64,000 nucleotides of DNA from Candidatus Gottesmanbacteria bacterium (GCA_963790805.1 CAWBPL010000002.1:64696-128695); one strand, 5' to 3'; shown: positions 54,044-63,653, numbered from the stretch's first letter. Numbers and translations: made by a program. The notes: generated by a model from the sequence alone, not told the origin.

Positions 54044-54349
54044 TTAAATCTTTTGTTCACATTTTCGACAAATCCGCTCTTTTTCGCCTTTTGCGACAAT
54101 GTACCCTACTCGTGTCGGTTTCCCGCATTTGGGACAAACAAGAGCGATTTTGCCGAAAGATAGCGGGCGGGCGTATTCGATAATACCACCCTGATGTTGC
54201 TCGTCACGCTTTTTTTGATGTCGTTTATATATATTTATTCCAGGCACCAACACCGTTCCCTCTTTCTCGTAAACAGCATCCACCTTGCCTTTGCGGCCCT
54301 TATCTTTTCCCATTGTTACGATAATTTGATCACTTTTTTTGATTTTCAT
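54044..54349 (-). CDS. rplX: 50S ribosomal protein L24 (uL24) with C-terminal CxxC...CxxC
   Basis: KOW motif IKKSDQIIVTMGKDKGRKGKV, with the tail CPKCGKPTRVGY...ICRKCEQ. Confidence 0.95.
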   Translation of the reverse strand: MKIKKSDQIIVTMGKDKGRKGKVDAVYEKEGTVLVPGINIYKRHQKKRDEQHQGGIIEYARPLSFGKIALVCPKCGKPTRVGYIVAKGEKERICRKCEQKI

Positions 54350-54352
54350 AAT

Positions 54353-54727
54353 TTAATAGACCTCTTCTGCCATGCTGACAATTTTATCGAATCCTTTTTC
54401 TTTTAACTCACGTGCCACCGGTCCGAATACGCGTGTTCCACGAGGATTTTTATCCTTCGCATTATCAATAACCACACCCGCGTTATCGTCGAACCGGATA
54501 TACGAACCATCAGCGCGATGATATTCTTTGTGGGTACGTACGATAACCACTTTAACAAGTTCGTCATCTTTCACGATGCCGTTGGGGTCTGCTTTTTTGA
54601 CAACACACTGTACTACGTCGCCAAGCGAAGCAAAATTACGCTTCGATGCACCGTAAATGTGCGTAATCGTCATAATTTGGACTCCTGAATTGTCCGCAAC
54701 TGCTAATGATGTTCGTCTTTGAACCAT
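54353..54727 (-). CDS. rplN: 50S ribosomal protein L14 (uL14)
   Basis: LAVADNSG...IRFDDNA.V. Confidence 0.96.
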   Translation of the reverse strand: MVQRRTSLAVADNSGVQIMTITHIYGASKRNFASLGDVVQCVVKKADPNGIVKDDELVKVVIVRTHKEYHRADGSYIRFDDNAGVVIDNAKDKNPRGTRVFGPVARELKEKGFDKIVSMAEEVY

Positions 54728-54731
54728 AGGT

Positions 54732-55010
54732 TTAAATCACTTTCTCCAAAACAACAAAATGCTTCATCTTACTTATCGGTTTCGATTCGCGAATGCGTAC
54801 CGTATCACCAACTGCAAGCGTCAATGATTCGTTGTGAACCAAAAATCTATTCGTTCTTCGCACTGATTTTTTATATAAAGGATGCCGATACGTTGTCGTT
54901 AAAGTAACAACGATCGTCTTTGGCATACCACTCACTGAAGCAACTTTACCGGTAAATATTTTACCTTTTGCTTCACGCGATTCTTTTTTTTGCTCTGGTT
55001 TGTTATTCAT
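54732..55010 (-). CDS. rpsQ: 30S ribosomal protein S17 (uS17)
   Basis: GKVASVSGMPKTIVV....YRHPLYKK...R....VH. Confidence 0.95.
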   Translation of the reverse strand: MNNKPEQKKESREAKGKIFTGKVASVSGMPKTIVVTLTTTYRHPLYKKSVRRTNRFLVHNESLTLAVGDTVRIRESKPISKMKHFVVLEKVI

Positions 55011-55209
55011 GTGTTAACTCCTTCATGCGTTTGATCGTACTGGCGACCGCTATTTTTCTTCGAAGCATTGTTCCTTCGTGAACGTTTTTAGACTGCTTAC
55101 TATATCGGTTTACGAGAAACTGCGCAAGCTTCGTTTTTGACTCCGAAATCACTTTCCCAAGCTCTTCGGGATTCATGGTATGCAATGATGTTTTTTCTTT
55201 CTTTTTCAT
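55003..55209 (-). CDS. rpmC: 50S ribosomal protein L29 (uL29)
   Basis: 68 aa helical protein at the L29 position. IAVASTIKRMKE. Confidence 0.9.
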   Translation of the reverse strand: MKKKEKTSLHTMNPEELGKVISESKTKLAQFLVNRYSKQSKNVHEGTMLRRKIAVASTIKRMKELTHE

Positions 55210-55213
55210 AGGT

Positions 55214-55621
55214 TTATTCTTTCGTAATAAATCGTGTTCGAATGGGTAATTTTGCGCTCGCGAGCCGAAGTGATTCCTGCGCTTCGACTTTTGTTATACC
55301 ACCCATCTCAAAAAGAACTCTTCCGGGTCTTACTACCGCTACATATTCGTAGACGTCACCTTTACCACTTCCCATACGGGTTTCCGGAGGTTTTTTTGTA
55401 ATTGGTTTATCGGGAAAAATCCGGATCCAAATACGGCCTCCACGTTTAGTGTAATGTGTGAGAGCCCGACGTGCGGCCTCAATTTGACGACTTGTGACCC
55501 ACCCCTCAGTCAGCGCCTTCAACCCATACTCACCAAAGTTAATTTGCGACCCACGAATTGAGATTCCCGTTCGGGTTCCTCGAAATGATTTGCGATGTTT
55601 TGCTCGTTTTGGTGCTAACAT
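55214..55621 (-). CDS. rplP: 50S ribosomal protein L16 (uL16)
   Basis: [15 protein letters not shown]...[12 protein letters not shown]...RMG.GKG. The track start at 55651 overlaps rpsC. Confidence 0.95.
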   Translation of the reverse strand: MLAPKRAKHRKSFRGTRTGISIRGSQINFGEYGLKALTEGWVTSRQIEAARRALTHYTKRGGRIWIRIFPDKPITKKPPETRMGSGKGDVYEYVAVVRPGRVLFEMGGITKVEAQESLRLASAKLPIRTRFITKE

Positions 55622-55632
55622 ATAATTTTTGT

Positions 55633-56313
55633 TTATGAACTCTTTCTGCAAATCCAGACTTTAACGCCGACATATCCTGATTTTGTCAGTGCCGGTGACA
55701 TGGCAAAATCTACTTCCTCACGGATAGTTGACAACGGCACCGTACCGGACTGATACTTTTCCCGTCTACCGATTTCGGCTCCTCCAATACGTCCAGAAAG
55801 CATAATTCGTACCCCTTTGGCACCTGCCGACATAACCCGCTCAATAGCCTGATTACATACGCGCTTGTGAGGCATTCGTTTAACCAATTGGTCGGAAACT
55901 GTCTGGGCTACTAAAAAGGCATTCAGGTTTGGCTCTTTGACCGGTTCAACCGAAAGCTCAACCTTCATGCGCGCTGAATCTTTGGCACTCCGTCGCAGTT
56001 CATAGGGATTCGCGATATGGTATTCGCTTAACTTTCGTTCGATGTATTTTTTAAGCTCTTCCAGTCCGCTGCCGCCGCGACCGATAACGACTCCTGGCCG
56101 TGATACAAACAACGTCACTTTAATTTTATTAATTGAGCGCTCAATGACAATCTGCGACAAACCTGCCGGTTTAAGCTTTGCTGCAAGCTCTTTTCGAAGC
56201 TTCGCGTCTTCATACACCAACTCTTTGTATTGCCGCTTATCAGCAAACCAGCGGGAACCCCATGTAAATACGGTTCCTATGCGAAATCCTCTTGGATTAA
56301 TTTTTTGTCCCAT
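55633..56313 (-). CDS. rpsC: 30S ribosomal protein S3 (uS3)
   Basis: [13 protein letters not shown], and KH domain [10 protein letters not shown]. Confidence 0.96.
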   Translation of the reverse strand: MGQKINPRGFRIGTVFTWGSRWFADKRQYKELVYEDAKLRKELAAKLKPAGLSQIVIERSINKIKVTLFVSRPGVVIGRGGSGLEELKKYIERKLSEYHIANPYELRRSAKDSARMKVELSVEPVKEPNLNAFLVAQTVSDQLVKRMPHKRVCNQAIERVMSAGAKGVRIMLSGRIGGAEIGRREKYQSGTVPLSTIREEVDFAMSPALTKSGYVGVKVWICRKSS

Positions 56314-56315
56314 GG

Positions 56316-56660
56316 TTACTCCTTTTTCACTCCTTCATCGGTTAAAACTATACGAATGTGTGTCATGCGTTTTTTATAGGGAAGCGCCTGACCCCGCGAT
56401 GCAGCGTGAAACCGCTTCATGACAGGTCCTCCCATAACTTCAATCACTTTAAATGATAATGTTTCTTCTTTTGCCTGTTTTTGCTTGGCGTTGGCTATAG
56501 CCGATGCAACAACGTCACTCATGGGTTTTGCCGCCATTTTGGGCATCTGCTTCAATTGTGCAAGGGCAACAACCGGCGACAATGGCCGAATGGCATCAGC
56601 AATAAGACGCAACTTGCGCGTACTTGTTCGAACATATTTTGTTGTTGCTGTATATTCCAT
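56316..56660 (-). CDS. rplV: 50S ribosomal protein L22 (uL22)
   Basis: YVRTSTRKLRLIAD.IR... RFHAASRGQA.PYKKRMTHI. Confidence 0.95.
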   Translation of the reverse strand: MEYTATTKYVRTSTRKLRLIADAIRPLSPVVALAQLKQMPKMAAKPMSDVVASAIANAKQKQAKEETLSFKVIEVMGGPVMKRFHAASRGQALPYKKRMTHIRIVLTDEGVKKE

Positions 56661-56665
56661 ACTGT

Positions 56666-56950
56666 TTATGTCTTATCCATTGTTCTCTTGGTCACTTGAC
56701 CGTGTCCTCGGAACGTTCGTGTCGGAGAAAATTCTCCCAACCTGTGTCCTACCATGGCTTCAGAAACGAATACCTCCGTAAATATGCGGCCGTTATGCAC
56801 GGCAAACCGGTGTCCCACAAATTCCGGCGGAATTTCACAGTCACGCGACCAAGTTTTAATCGGCGTTTTTTCTCCACCCGCTTTTTGTCTATTTACTTTA
56901 ATAATTAATTTCGGATCGATATATGGTCCTTTTTTGCTGCTTCGTGACAT
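56666..56950 (-). CDS. rpsS: 30S ribosomal protein S19 (uS19)
   Basis: [12 protein letters not shown]...HNGR.F..V.V...MVGH.LGEF.PTR. Confidence 0.96.
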   Translation of the reverse strand: MSRSSKKGPYIDPKLIIKVNRQKAGGEKTPIKTWSRDCEIPPEFVGHRFAVHNGRIFTEVFVSEAMVGHRLGEFSPTRTFRGHGQVTKRTMDKT

Positions 56951-57014
56951 AATACGTTATTGGCTCATTGTTCTCATAGTTCATAGTAAACTTTTTCTAT
57001 GAACTTTCGAACGA

Positions 57015-57779
57015 TTAACTAGAACCACCCTTTCTCCTTTGAACAATAAATCTATTGCTGTACTTTTTGTGTTTCCGTGTCTTTTTTCCAAGCGTATGCT
57101 TACCCCATGGGCTCTTCGGCGAACTCATGCCGATACCACTTCGTCCTTCTCCACCACCATGCGGATGACTTCGAGGATTTTGAGCAACTCCCCGAACCTC
57201 AGGACGCCTTCCCATGTGTCTGCTTCTTCCTGCTGTACCTATGACTTCATTTCGATGATCCACATTGCCAACCTGTCCGACTGTCGCCATGCACTCTGCT
57301 TTAAACAGTCGAATCTCACCGGATTGAAGTTTTAATTGTATCAGATCGCCGTCTTTAGCCAAAACGACCGCGCCTGATCCTGCGCTTCTCATCATTTGTG
57401 CCCCATGTCCCGGTTTAATTTCAACGTTGTGAACAATCGTGCCAACAGGTATATGACCTAACTTGAGCGCATTTCCCGGTTTAATATCTGCCATATCACC
57501 CGAGATGACCGTCTGTCCAACTGTTAGTCCGATCGGAGATACAATATATCGTTTTTCACCATCTGCATATTGCAAAAGGGCAATCTCAGATGTGCGGTTA
57601 GGATCGTAATCAATTGATACGACTCTCGCCGGTACGCCAAGCTTTTCCCGTTTCCAATCCATTGCACGATAATAGCGTTTCTGTCTTCCGCCTTGATGGC
57701 GTATAGACACATGTCCGGCCATATCACGACCGGAATTTTTCGGCAATATAACAGTTAAACTTTTTACTCGTGTTTCCAT
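57015..57779 (-). CDS. rplB: 50S ribosomal protein L2 (uL2), N-terminally short
   Basis: IRHQGGRQKRYYR, YDPNR, HPHGGGEGR. Begins at the region equivalent to about residue 25 of E. coli L2. An in-frame stop lies immediately upstream. Confidence 0.95.
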   Translation of the reverse strand: METRVKSLTVILPKNSGRDMAGHVSIRHQGGRQKRYYRAMDWKREKLGVPARVVSIDYDPNRTSEIALLQYADGEKRYIVSPIGLTVGQTVISGDMADIKPGNALKLGHIPVGTIVHNVEIKPGHGAQMMRSAGSGAVVLAKDGDLIQLKLQSGEIRLFKAECMATVGQVGNVDHRNEVIGTAGRSRHMGRRPEVRGVAQNPRSHPHGGGEGRSGIGMSSPKSPWGKHTLGKKTRKHKKYSNRFIVQRRKGGSS

Positions 57780-57782
57780 AGT

Positions 57783-58142
57783 TTATTTTTCCGCTTTCGC
57801 CGGCTTTTCAGCTTTTGCCGGTTTTTCTGCTTCAGGCGGTGTCACCTCAAAGACATCGATCTTTTGACCTTTCTTCAATTGAACCATCGCTTTTTTCCAA
57901 TCAGATTTTTTAACATACTTCTGCATTCTGCCGACTCTTCGCATTTTTCCATGCATATGGACGGTTCGAACATCAATAACGGTAACGTTATAAAATTTCG
58001 AAATCTCACGGCCGATTTCTTCTTTTGCCGCATCCATATCAACCATAAACGTATACCAACCTTTCGACGCAAGAGCGAGTGTTTTTTCGGTCATGAGCGG
58101 TCTGATAATCGTTTTCTTCATAGGCTTATACTTTTTTACCAA
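57783..58142 (-). CDS. rplW: 50S ribosomal protein L23 (uL23) with C-terminal EKPAKA repeat tail
   Basis: IIRPLMTEKT... core, with the tail PPEAEKPAKAEKPAKAEK. Confidence 0.94.
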   Translation of the reverse strand: MVKKYKPMKKTIIRPLMTEKTLALASKGWYTFMVDMDAAKEEIGREISKFYNVTVIDVRTVHMHGKMRRVGRMQKYVKKSDWKKAMVQLKKGQKIDVFEVTPPEAEKPAKAEKPAKAEK

Positions 58143-58899
58143 TGGTTTCTTTCACGGCTTGTACTGCATCTTTCATAAAAACAATTTTATGGTGTGTCAA
58201 CACGCCATACGTCGTTAAATCGGTGGCGGGAATCGTGTCGACATGACCAATATTTCGAGTTATACGAACCACCATTTCAGCATCTTTCGTAACAACTAAA
58301 AGAGTCGAATCTTTCCCTGAAATTTTGGAAAGTGACTGCGCCATAAATTTCGTTTTCGGTTTAAGCGTCTCAAATCCGTCAACAACAATAACATTTCCTT
58401 CTTTCAGTTGGGCAGATAACGCGCTTGCAAGAGCTTTTCGCTTCATATTGGTCGGCATTGACATGGCAAAACTATGCGGCCGAGGACCAAACACTATACC
58501 TCCACCGACAAAAATAGGCGCTCGAATTCCTCCATGTCGCGCCTTCCCTGTACCTTTTTGTTTATAAATCTTGCGGGTTGATCCTTCTACTTCTCCTCGT
58601 GTTTTCGTGGAAGCTGATCCCGCCCGTTGGTTTGAAAGATACACACGAACAGCCTGCGCGAGCAGTGGTTTGTTGATTTTTTCTCCGAACACTTCAGCCG
58701 GTAAGGTCATTTTACCCTTGGTTTTTCCTTCGACATCAACGACATTCACGGAAAGTCCATGAACTTCAGCGGCAATGGAAACCGTTGGTTTAGCTGGAGA
58801 TGCCTTTTTCGCTGCTTTTGGTTTTGCCAGAGCGGAAGAAACAGTTTTTTTTACTGTTTTTACCGTTTTCTTTGCTGACGTTGTCTTTTTTACTGCCAT
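58126..58899 (-). CDS. rplD: 50S ribosomal protein L4 (uL4) with Lys/Ala-rich N-terminal extension
   Basis: KQKGTGKARHGGIRAPIFVGGG core, with a roughly 45-aa KKT/AKK-rich N-terminus. Confidence 0.95.
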   Translation of the reverse strand: MAVKKTTSAKKTVKTVKKTVSSALAKPKAAKKASPAKPTVSIAAEVHGLSVNVVDVEGKTKGKMTLPAEVFGEKINKPLLAQAVRVYLSNQRAGSASTKTRGEVEGSTRKIYKQKGTGKARHGGIRAPIFVGGGIVFGPRPHSFAMSMPTNMKRKALASALSAQLKEGNVIVVDGFETLKPKTKFMAQSLSKISGKDSTLLVVTKDAEMVVRITRNIGHVDTIPATDLTTYGVLTHHKIVFMKDAVQAVKETIGKKV

Positions 58900-58901
58900 A
58901 G

Positions 58902-59528
58902 TTAGCCTTCTTTTTGTACAATTAATAGTCCCCCGCGGCCTCCGGGAACCAATCCTTTGACGGTAAGAATATTTTTTTCAACATCTACTGCCACAACTTT
59001 AAGCCCTTTCACCGTGACGCGATCAGATCCCATTCGACCGGCCATTCGCTTACCCTTAAAAACGCGACCGGGAGTGGTCGTCATGCCGATTGATCCTGGC
59101 GCTCTTTCACGATCTGCCTGACCATGCGTACGCGGTCCGCCTTTAAAATGATAGCGTTTGACGCCACCGGCAAATCCCTTGCCCTTCGACGTACCTGTGA
59201 CGCGGATTGTATCACCCACTTGAAACACATCACTCACTTTCACTTCTTTTCCGAGCGTCAAATCTGCCGGAATCTCTTGTATTCGCACTTCCCGCAAAAA
59301 ACGGGGCTTGATTGTCAACCCCGCTTTTTTCATAAGTCCTTCAAGTGATTTGGTCATGTGTTTTGCGTTTCCGAACGCGAGCTGAAGGCTCTTATATGTT
59401 CCGCCGTCGGTAATTCGGGTAACCCAACACGGACCCGTAACGATTTGGGTCACAGGAATCCTTTCCCCTTTCGGGGTAAACGTCTGTATTTGAACTTGTT
59501 TGATACCTAATAATGAATCCATACCCAT
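58902..59528 (-). CDS. rplC: 50S ribosomal protein L3 (uL3)
   Basis: GTSKGKGFAGGVKRYHFKGGPRTHGQ. Confidence 0.96.
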   Translation of the reverse strand: MGMDSLLGIKQVQIQTFTPKGERIPVTQIVTGPCWVTRITDGGTYKSLQLAFGNAKHMTKSLEGLMKKAGLTIKPRFLREVRIQEIPADLTLGKEVKVSDVFQVGDTIRVTGTSKGKGFAGGVKRYHFKGGPRTHGQADRERAPGSIGMTTTPGRVFKGKRMAGRMGSDRVTVKGLKVVAVDVEKNILTVKGLVPGGRGGLLIVQKEG

Positions 59529-59533
59529 ATAAA

Positions 59534-59559
59534 CAAAAAGCGACCTCGGTTGAGGTCGT
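59534..59559 (-). terminator. intrinsic-terminator-like hairpin about 12 nt upstream of the rplC start
   Basis: On the minus strand, CGACCTC-aacc-GAGGTCG followed by CTTTTTGTTT, then the ATG. Confidence 0.55.
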
Positions 59560-59631
59560 TTGATCGCTCATCCGAGACTTTTGGTTCACTACTCACGATA
59601 TGAAGAATTTACTCGTCATATCAATCTATAT

Positions 59632-59660
59632 AGTATACCAGAGTATCTCTTTAAACTCAA
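59632..59660 (-). promoter_or_regulatory. candidate internal promoter TTGAGT-N17-TATACT in the rpsJ-rplC spacer
   Basis: Read on the minus strand. It would give a roughly 95-nt leader containing the hairpin above. Confidence 0.45.
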
Positions 59661-59732
59661 TATTTTTATCGTTCACCCGCCTGATCTCCAGAAACCCGTT
59701 TTAGCTTCAAAATCAAGCCAGTTCGGCCAATG

Positions 59733-60041
59733 TTACATCTTAATCTCGACATCTACCCCTGCGGGTAGGTCTAAATGCATCAATTGGTCTATCGTCTTAT
59801 CCGTCGGCTCTATAATGTCAACGAGCCGCTTGTGCGTCTTGATCATGAAATCTTCGCGTGAGTTCCGGTCAATGAAAGGGCTTCGCGCCACGTTAAAATG
59901 CTCTTTATCCGTAGGAAGCGGCACTGGCCCCACAACTCGTGCACCCGTCCGCACGGCGGTATCAAGAATTTTCTGACAACAATCATCTATGATTCTGCTG
60001 TCGTATGCTTTTAAACGTACTCGAATTCTTCCTTTCGGCAT
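59733..60041 (-). CDS. rpsJ: 30S ribosomal protein S10 (uS10)
   Basis: IRVRLKAYD...LPT....F.V.RSP..D..SR. The internal ATG (MPKGRIRV) is preferred over the track start at 60062. Confidence 0.95.
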   Translation of the reverse strand: MPKGRIRVRLKAYDSRIIDDCCQKILDTAVRTGARVVGPVPLPTDKEHFNVARSPFIDRNSREDFMIKTHKRLVDIIEPTDKTIDQLMHLDLPAGVDVEIKM

Positions 60042-60083
60042 TGTTTCTCGTTTGTCGCACAAAGCACCTAACGGCGGTAAGGC

Positions 60084-61271
60084 TTATGCGATAATTTTGG
60101 TAATGACTCCAGCTCCTACCGTATGTCCGCCCTCGCGAAGCGCAAATCGCACTCCTTCTTCAAGAGCAACAGGAACGATAAGTTTGGCTGTCATTTTTGT
60201 GTTGTCTCCCGGCATAACCATCTCAACACCTGTTGGGAGCGTCACTTCTCCGGTCACATCAGTTGTCCGGATATAGAATTGCGGTCTATACCCTGTAAAG
60301 AACGGTGTATGTCGTCCACCCTCTTCTTTGGCAAGAATGTAGACTTCTGCTTCAAATTCTGTATGCGGTTTCACTGATCCTGGAGCAGCCAAAACCTGTC
60401 CGCGTTCAACCTGATTCTTCTCAATACCTCGAAGTAGTACGCCGATGTTGTCGCCGGCCTGCCCTTCATCGAGAAGTTTTCGAAACATTTCAACGCCGGT
60501 AACGACGGTATTTTGCGTGGCTTTGATTCCGACAATTTCCATCGCGTCGTTAATCTTTACACGACCGCGCTCCACGCGACCGGTGACGACTGTTCCTCGG
60601 CCTTTGATGGAAAAAACATCCTCAATCGGCATAAGGAACGGCTTATCGAGATCCCGTTTCGGCTCAGGGAAGTACGCATCACACGTGTCCATAAGCTCCT
60701 GGATCTTGGCTTCCGCTTCCGGATCACCTTGCAATGCCTTAATAGCACTCCCGCGGATAACCGGAACTTTATCGCCCGGATAATGATACTTGGTCAAAAG
60801 CTCGCGGACTTCCATTTCAACAAGGTCCAAAAGCTCTTTGTCCTGCACCATGTCGCATTTGTTCATGAAAACAACAATTGCCGGCACGTTCACCTGATTG
60901 GCAAGCAAAATGTGTTCTCGGGTTTGCGGCATAGGACCATCAGGCGCTGATACCACCAAAATGGCGCCGTCCATTTGCGCGGCACCGGTGATCATGTTTT
61001 TGATGTAATCAGCATGACCCGGCGCATCAATGTGTGCATAATGCCGTTTTGCCGTTTCGTACTCAGAGTGATGAATGTTGATCGTTACGCCTCGGGCTTT
61101 TTCCTCAGGAGCGTTATCAATTTCCTCATATTTGAGGGCTTTCGCAAATCCCTTTTTCGCAAGTACGTGCGTAATAGCTGACGTCAGGGTTGTTTTCCCA
61201 TGATCAACGTGTCCTATGGTTCCGATATTCAAATGAGGTTTTGTTCGAGTATATTTTTGTTGGTCAGCCAT
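60084..61271 (-). CDS. tuf: elongation factor Tu
   Basis: [21 protein letters not shown](I/L)K. 395 aa. Confidence 0.98.
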   Translation of the reverse strand: MADQQKYTRTKPHLNIGTIGHVDHGKTTLTSAITHVLAKKGFAKALKYEEIDNAPEEKARGVTINIHHSEYETAKRHYAHIDAPGHADYIKNMITGAAQMDGAILVVSAPDGPMPQTREHILLANQVNVPAIVVFMNKCDMVQDKELLDLVEMEVRELLTKYHYPGDKVPVIRGSAIKALQGDPEAEAKIQELMDTCDAYFPEPKRDLDKPFLMPIEDVFSIKGRGTVVTGRVERGRVKINDAMEIVGIKATQNTVVTGVEMFRKLLDEGQAGDNIGVLLRGIEKNQVERGQVLAAPGSVKPHTEFEAEVYILAKEEGGRHTPFFTGYRPQFYIRTTDVTGEVTLPTGVEMVMPGDNTKMTAKLIVPVALEEGVRFALREGGHTVGAGVITKIIA

Positions 61272-61372
61272 GCTGCCTCCTTGTTAAATAAAACCAATAC
61301 AGACAAATCACCTCATAAACTCATCATCGGTAAACATGAAATAATGAGTTGTGAGATGATTCGGTACTGAGT

Positions 61373-61401
61373 ATTCTAACATCCAATTCCAAGTTTCGCA
61401 A
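61373..61401 (-). promoter_or_regulatory. candidate promoter TTGCGA-N17-TAGAAT for tuf
   Basis: Located in the 172-nt fusA-tuf spacer. The leader carries AAGGAGG just before the ATG. Confidence 0.45.
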
Positions 61402-61443
61402 GGACAAAATCGAAAAACATATAACGGAAATCGATGAAGCGTT

Positions 61444-63573
61444 TTATGCCCGATTGTCTGCTGAGGAGGTTCGCCCTTCTTTGGCGATAATTTTTTCCTG
61501 AATATTGCGCGGAACCTCTTCGTAGTGGGAGGGTTCCATATAATACGTCGCGCGGCCTTTACTCATACTGCGAAGACTCGTCGCATAACCGGAAAGCTCA
61601 GCAAGCGGCACAAGCGCGACGATGACGGTCACGTGGCCACGTTTCGTGGTCCCCTGAATCTGTGATCGCTTCGCTCCCAAATCTCCGATGATGTCTCCCA
61701 TAAACTCATCGGGAGTCGTCACTTCCACCTTCATGATCGGCTCAAGAATAGTCGGGTGTGCCTGACGCGCGGCATTCTGGAACGCCATAGAACCCGCTAT
61801 CTTAAATGCAACTTCCGAGCTATCAACTTCATGATAGGTTCCGTCATACAGTGTCGCTTTCAAATCGACGACCGGATAACCTGCCACAACGCCATTTTCT
61901 GTAGCTTCTTTAATACCTTTTTCAATAGGAGCGATGAATTCTCTCGGGATTGCTCCGCCTTTGATGGCGTCAACAAACTCAAATCCCTCCCCGCGGCCTT
62001 TGGGTTCAAGACGGATAAAACAGTGTCCGTATTGTCCGCGGCCTCCGGATTGCCGGATATATTTTCCTTCACCCTCGGAATTGGTCGTAATGGTCTCTTT
62101 GTACGCTACCTGCGGCGCTCCGACATTACAATCCACTTTAAATTCCCGCTTCATGCGGTCAACAAGAATTTCAAGATGAAGCTCTCCCATGCCCCAGATG
62201 ATGGTCTGGTTGGTTTCCTGATTGGATTTAATCTTAAACGTCGGGTCTTCTTCGGCAAGCCGTTGAAGCGCATATCCCATCTTTTCCAGATCGTTTTTGG
62301 TTTTAGGCTCGATAGCAAGCGAAATAACCGGTTCCGGAAACGTGATTTTTTCCAAAACGATCGGTTTATCCTCATTACAAACCGTATCGCCGGTTATCGT
62401 ATCTTTAAATCCGACGACAGCAACTATTTCTCCGGCATATGCTTCCTTAATTTCCTCACGCTGGTTGGCGTGCATCAAAAGCAACCGGCCGACGCGCTCT
62501 TTCAGGCCTTTCGTCGAGTTGTAAATGTAGGATCCAGACTCCAATTTGCCCGAATAAATGCGGACGTATGTGAGTTTTCCGACGTGCGGATCGATCTGGA
62601 TTTTGAAGGCGAGACCCGAAAATGCGTCCTCCTTGACGCGCTTGAAGGTGACTTTTTCTCCAGTTCTGGGATGTGTTCCTTCAACGGGCGGAAGATCCAG
62701 AGGGCTCGGAAGATAATCAACGACAGCATCAAGTACCGGCTGGACGCCTTTATTGCGAAGACTCGATCCCGCGTAGATGGGAACGAGTTTGTAGGCAATA
62801 ACAGCCTTGCGAAGCGCAACTTTCAACTCTTCGATTGTGGGTTCCGTACCATTAAGATATTTTTCCAGAAGCGCATCGTCGGTTTCCGCGATTTTTTCAA
62901 CGAGTTCGTGACGGCTCTTTTCCACTTCATCTTTGAGATCGGAGGGAATTTCCACTTCTTCTGCATTGGCTCCCAAATCGTCAGTACTCCACACGTAGGC
63001 TTTCCGTGTCAAAAGTTCCACAACACCTTTGAATGTATTTTCCCTCCCAATCGGCACAACCATGACTGCCGGATTGGCCCCCAATCGGTCAACAATTGAC
63101 TTGACGGTCGCTCTAAAATCAGCGCCGACTTTATCCATTTTGTTGATAAAGCAAAGACGCGGCACTTTATATTTATCCGCCTGATGCCAGACGGTTTCTG
63201 ACTGCGACTGCACGCCTTCTTCCGCATCAAGAACAGTAATGCCTCCGTCTAATACCCGAAGTGACCGCTCAACCTCTGCAGTAAAGTCCACGTGTCCGGG
63301 TGTATCGATAATGTTGAAGCGATATCCTTTCCAAAACGTTGTCGTTGCCGCCGATACGATGGTAATCCCACGCTCGCGCTCCTGCTCCATCCAGTCCATT
63401 TGTGTGGTACCTTCATCGATGTCTCCGATTTTGTAAGTACGGCCCGTGTAATAGAGTACGCGCTCGGTCGTGGTAGTTTTGCCAGCGTCGATATGCGCGA
63501 TAATGCCGATATTCCGCACTTTATCAAGCGGTACATCGCGCTGTTCAGTCGTAATCGTGTTTGGAGCTGCCAT
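61444..63573 (-). CDS. fusA: elongation factor G
   Basis: [21 protein letters not shown]. Five-domain length of 709 aa. Confidence 0.98.
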   Translation of the reverse strand: MAAPNTITTEQRDVPLDKVRNIGIIAHIDAGKTTTTERVLYYTGRTYKIGDIDEGTTQMDWMEQERERGITIVSAATTTFWKGYRFNIIDTPGHVDFTAEVERSLRVLDGGITVLDAEEGVQSQSETVWHQADKYKVPRLCFINKMDKVGADFRATVKSIVDRLGANPAVMVVPIGRENTFKGVVELLTRKAYVWSTDDLGANAEEVEIPSDLKDEVEKSRHELVEKIAETDDALLEKYLNGTEPTIEELKVALRKAVIAYKLVPIYAGSSLRNKGVQPVLDAVVDYLPSPLDLPPVEGTHPRTGEKVTFKRVKEDAFSGLAFKIQIDPHVGKLTYVRIYSGKLESGSYIYNSTKGLKERVGRLLLMHANQREEIKEAYAGEIVAVVGFKDTITGDTVCNEDKPIVLEKITFPEPVISLAIEPKTKNDLEKMGYALQRLAEEDPTFKIKSNQETNQTIIWGMGELHLEILVDRMKREFKVDCNVGAPQVAYKETITTNSEGEGKYIRQSGGRGQYGHCFIRLEPKGRGEGFEFVDAIKGGAIPREFIAPIEKGIKEATENGVVAGYPVVDLKATLYDGTYHEVDSSEVAFKIAGSMAFQNAARQAHPTILEPIMKVEVTTPDEFMGDIIGDLGAKRSQIQGTTKRGHVTVIVALVPLAELSGYATSLRSMSKGRATYYMEPSHYEEVPRNIQEKIIAKEGRTSSADNRA

Positions 63574-63587
63574 AATTGTATCTTAAC

Positions 63588-63615
63588 AAAAAAAACTGTT
63601 CCGCCTGTGGAACAG
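63588..63615 (-). terminator. intrinsic terminator after the upstream kinase-fold gene, 14 nt before the fusA ATG
   Basis: On the minus strand, CTGTTCC-acaggc-GGAACAG-TTTTTTTT. The following TGTTAAGAT looks like an extended -10 box 6 nt before the ATG. Confidence 0.65.
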
Positions 63616-63653
63616 CCGTATTTCAACGCTCTTATTGTACTAAAATTCGCCTC

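Noticed and set aside
57783-57850. Short nucleotide tandem repeat (GCTTTTGCCGG-like units) considered as a possible CRISPR or satellite element
   Set aside because: There are only about 2-3 units, they are in frame, and they encode the EKPAKA tail of L23. There are no spacers and no cas genes anywhere in the window.
61756-63099. 447-aa ORF on the plus strand
   Set aside because: It lies entirely antisense to fusA, whose product is unmistakable. The plus-strand translation is low-complexity (F/R/N/I-rich) with no motifs, a typical shadow ORF of a long conserved gene.
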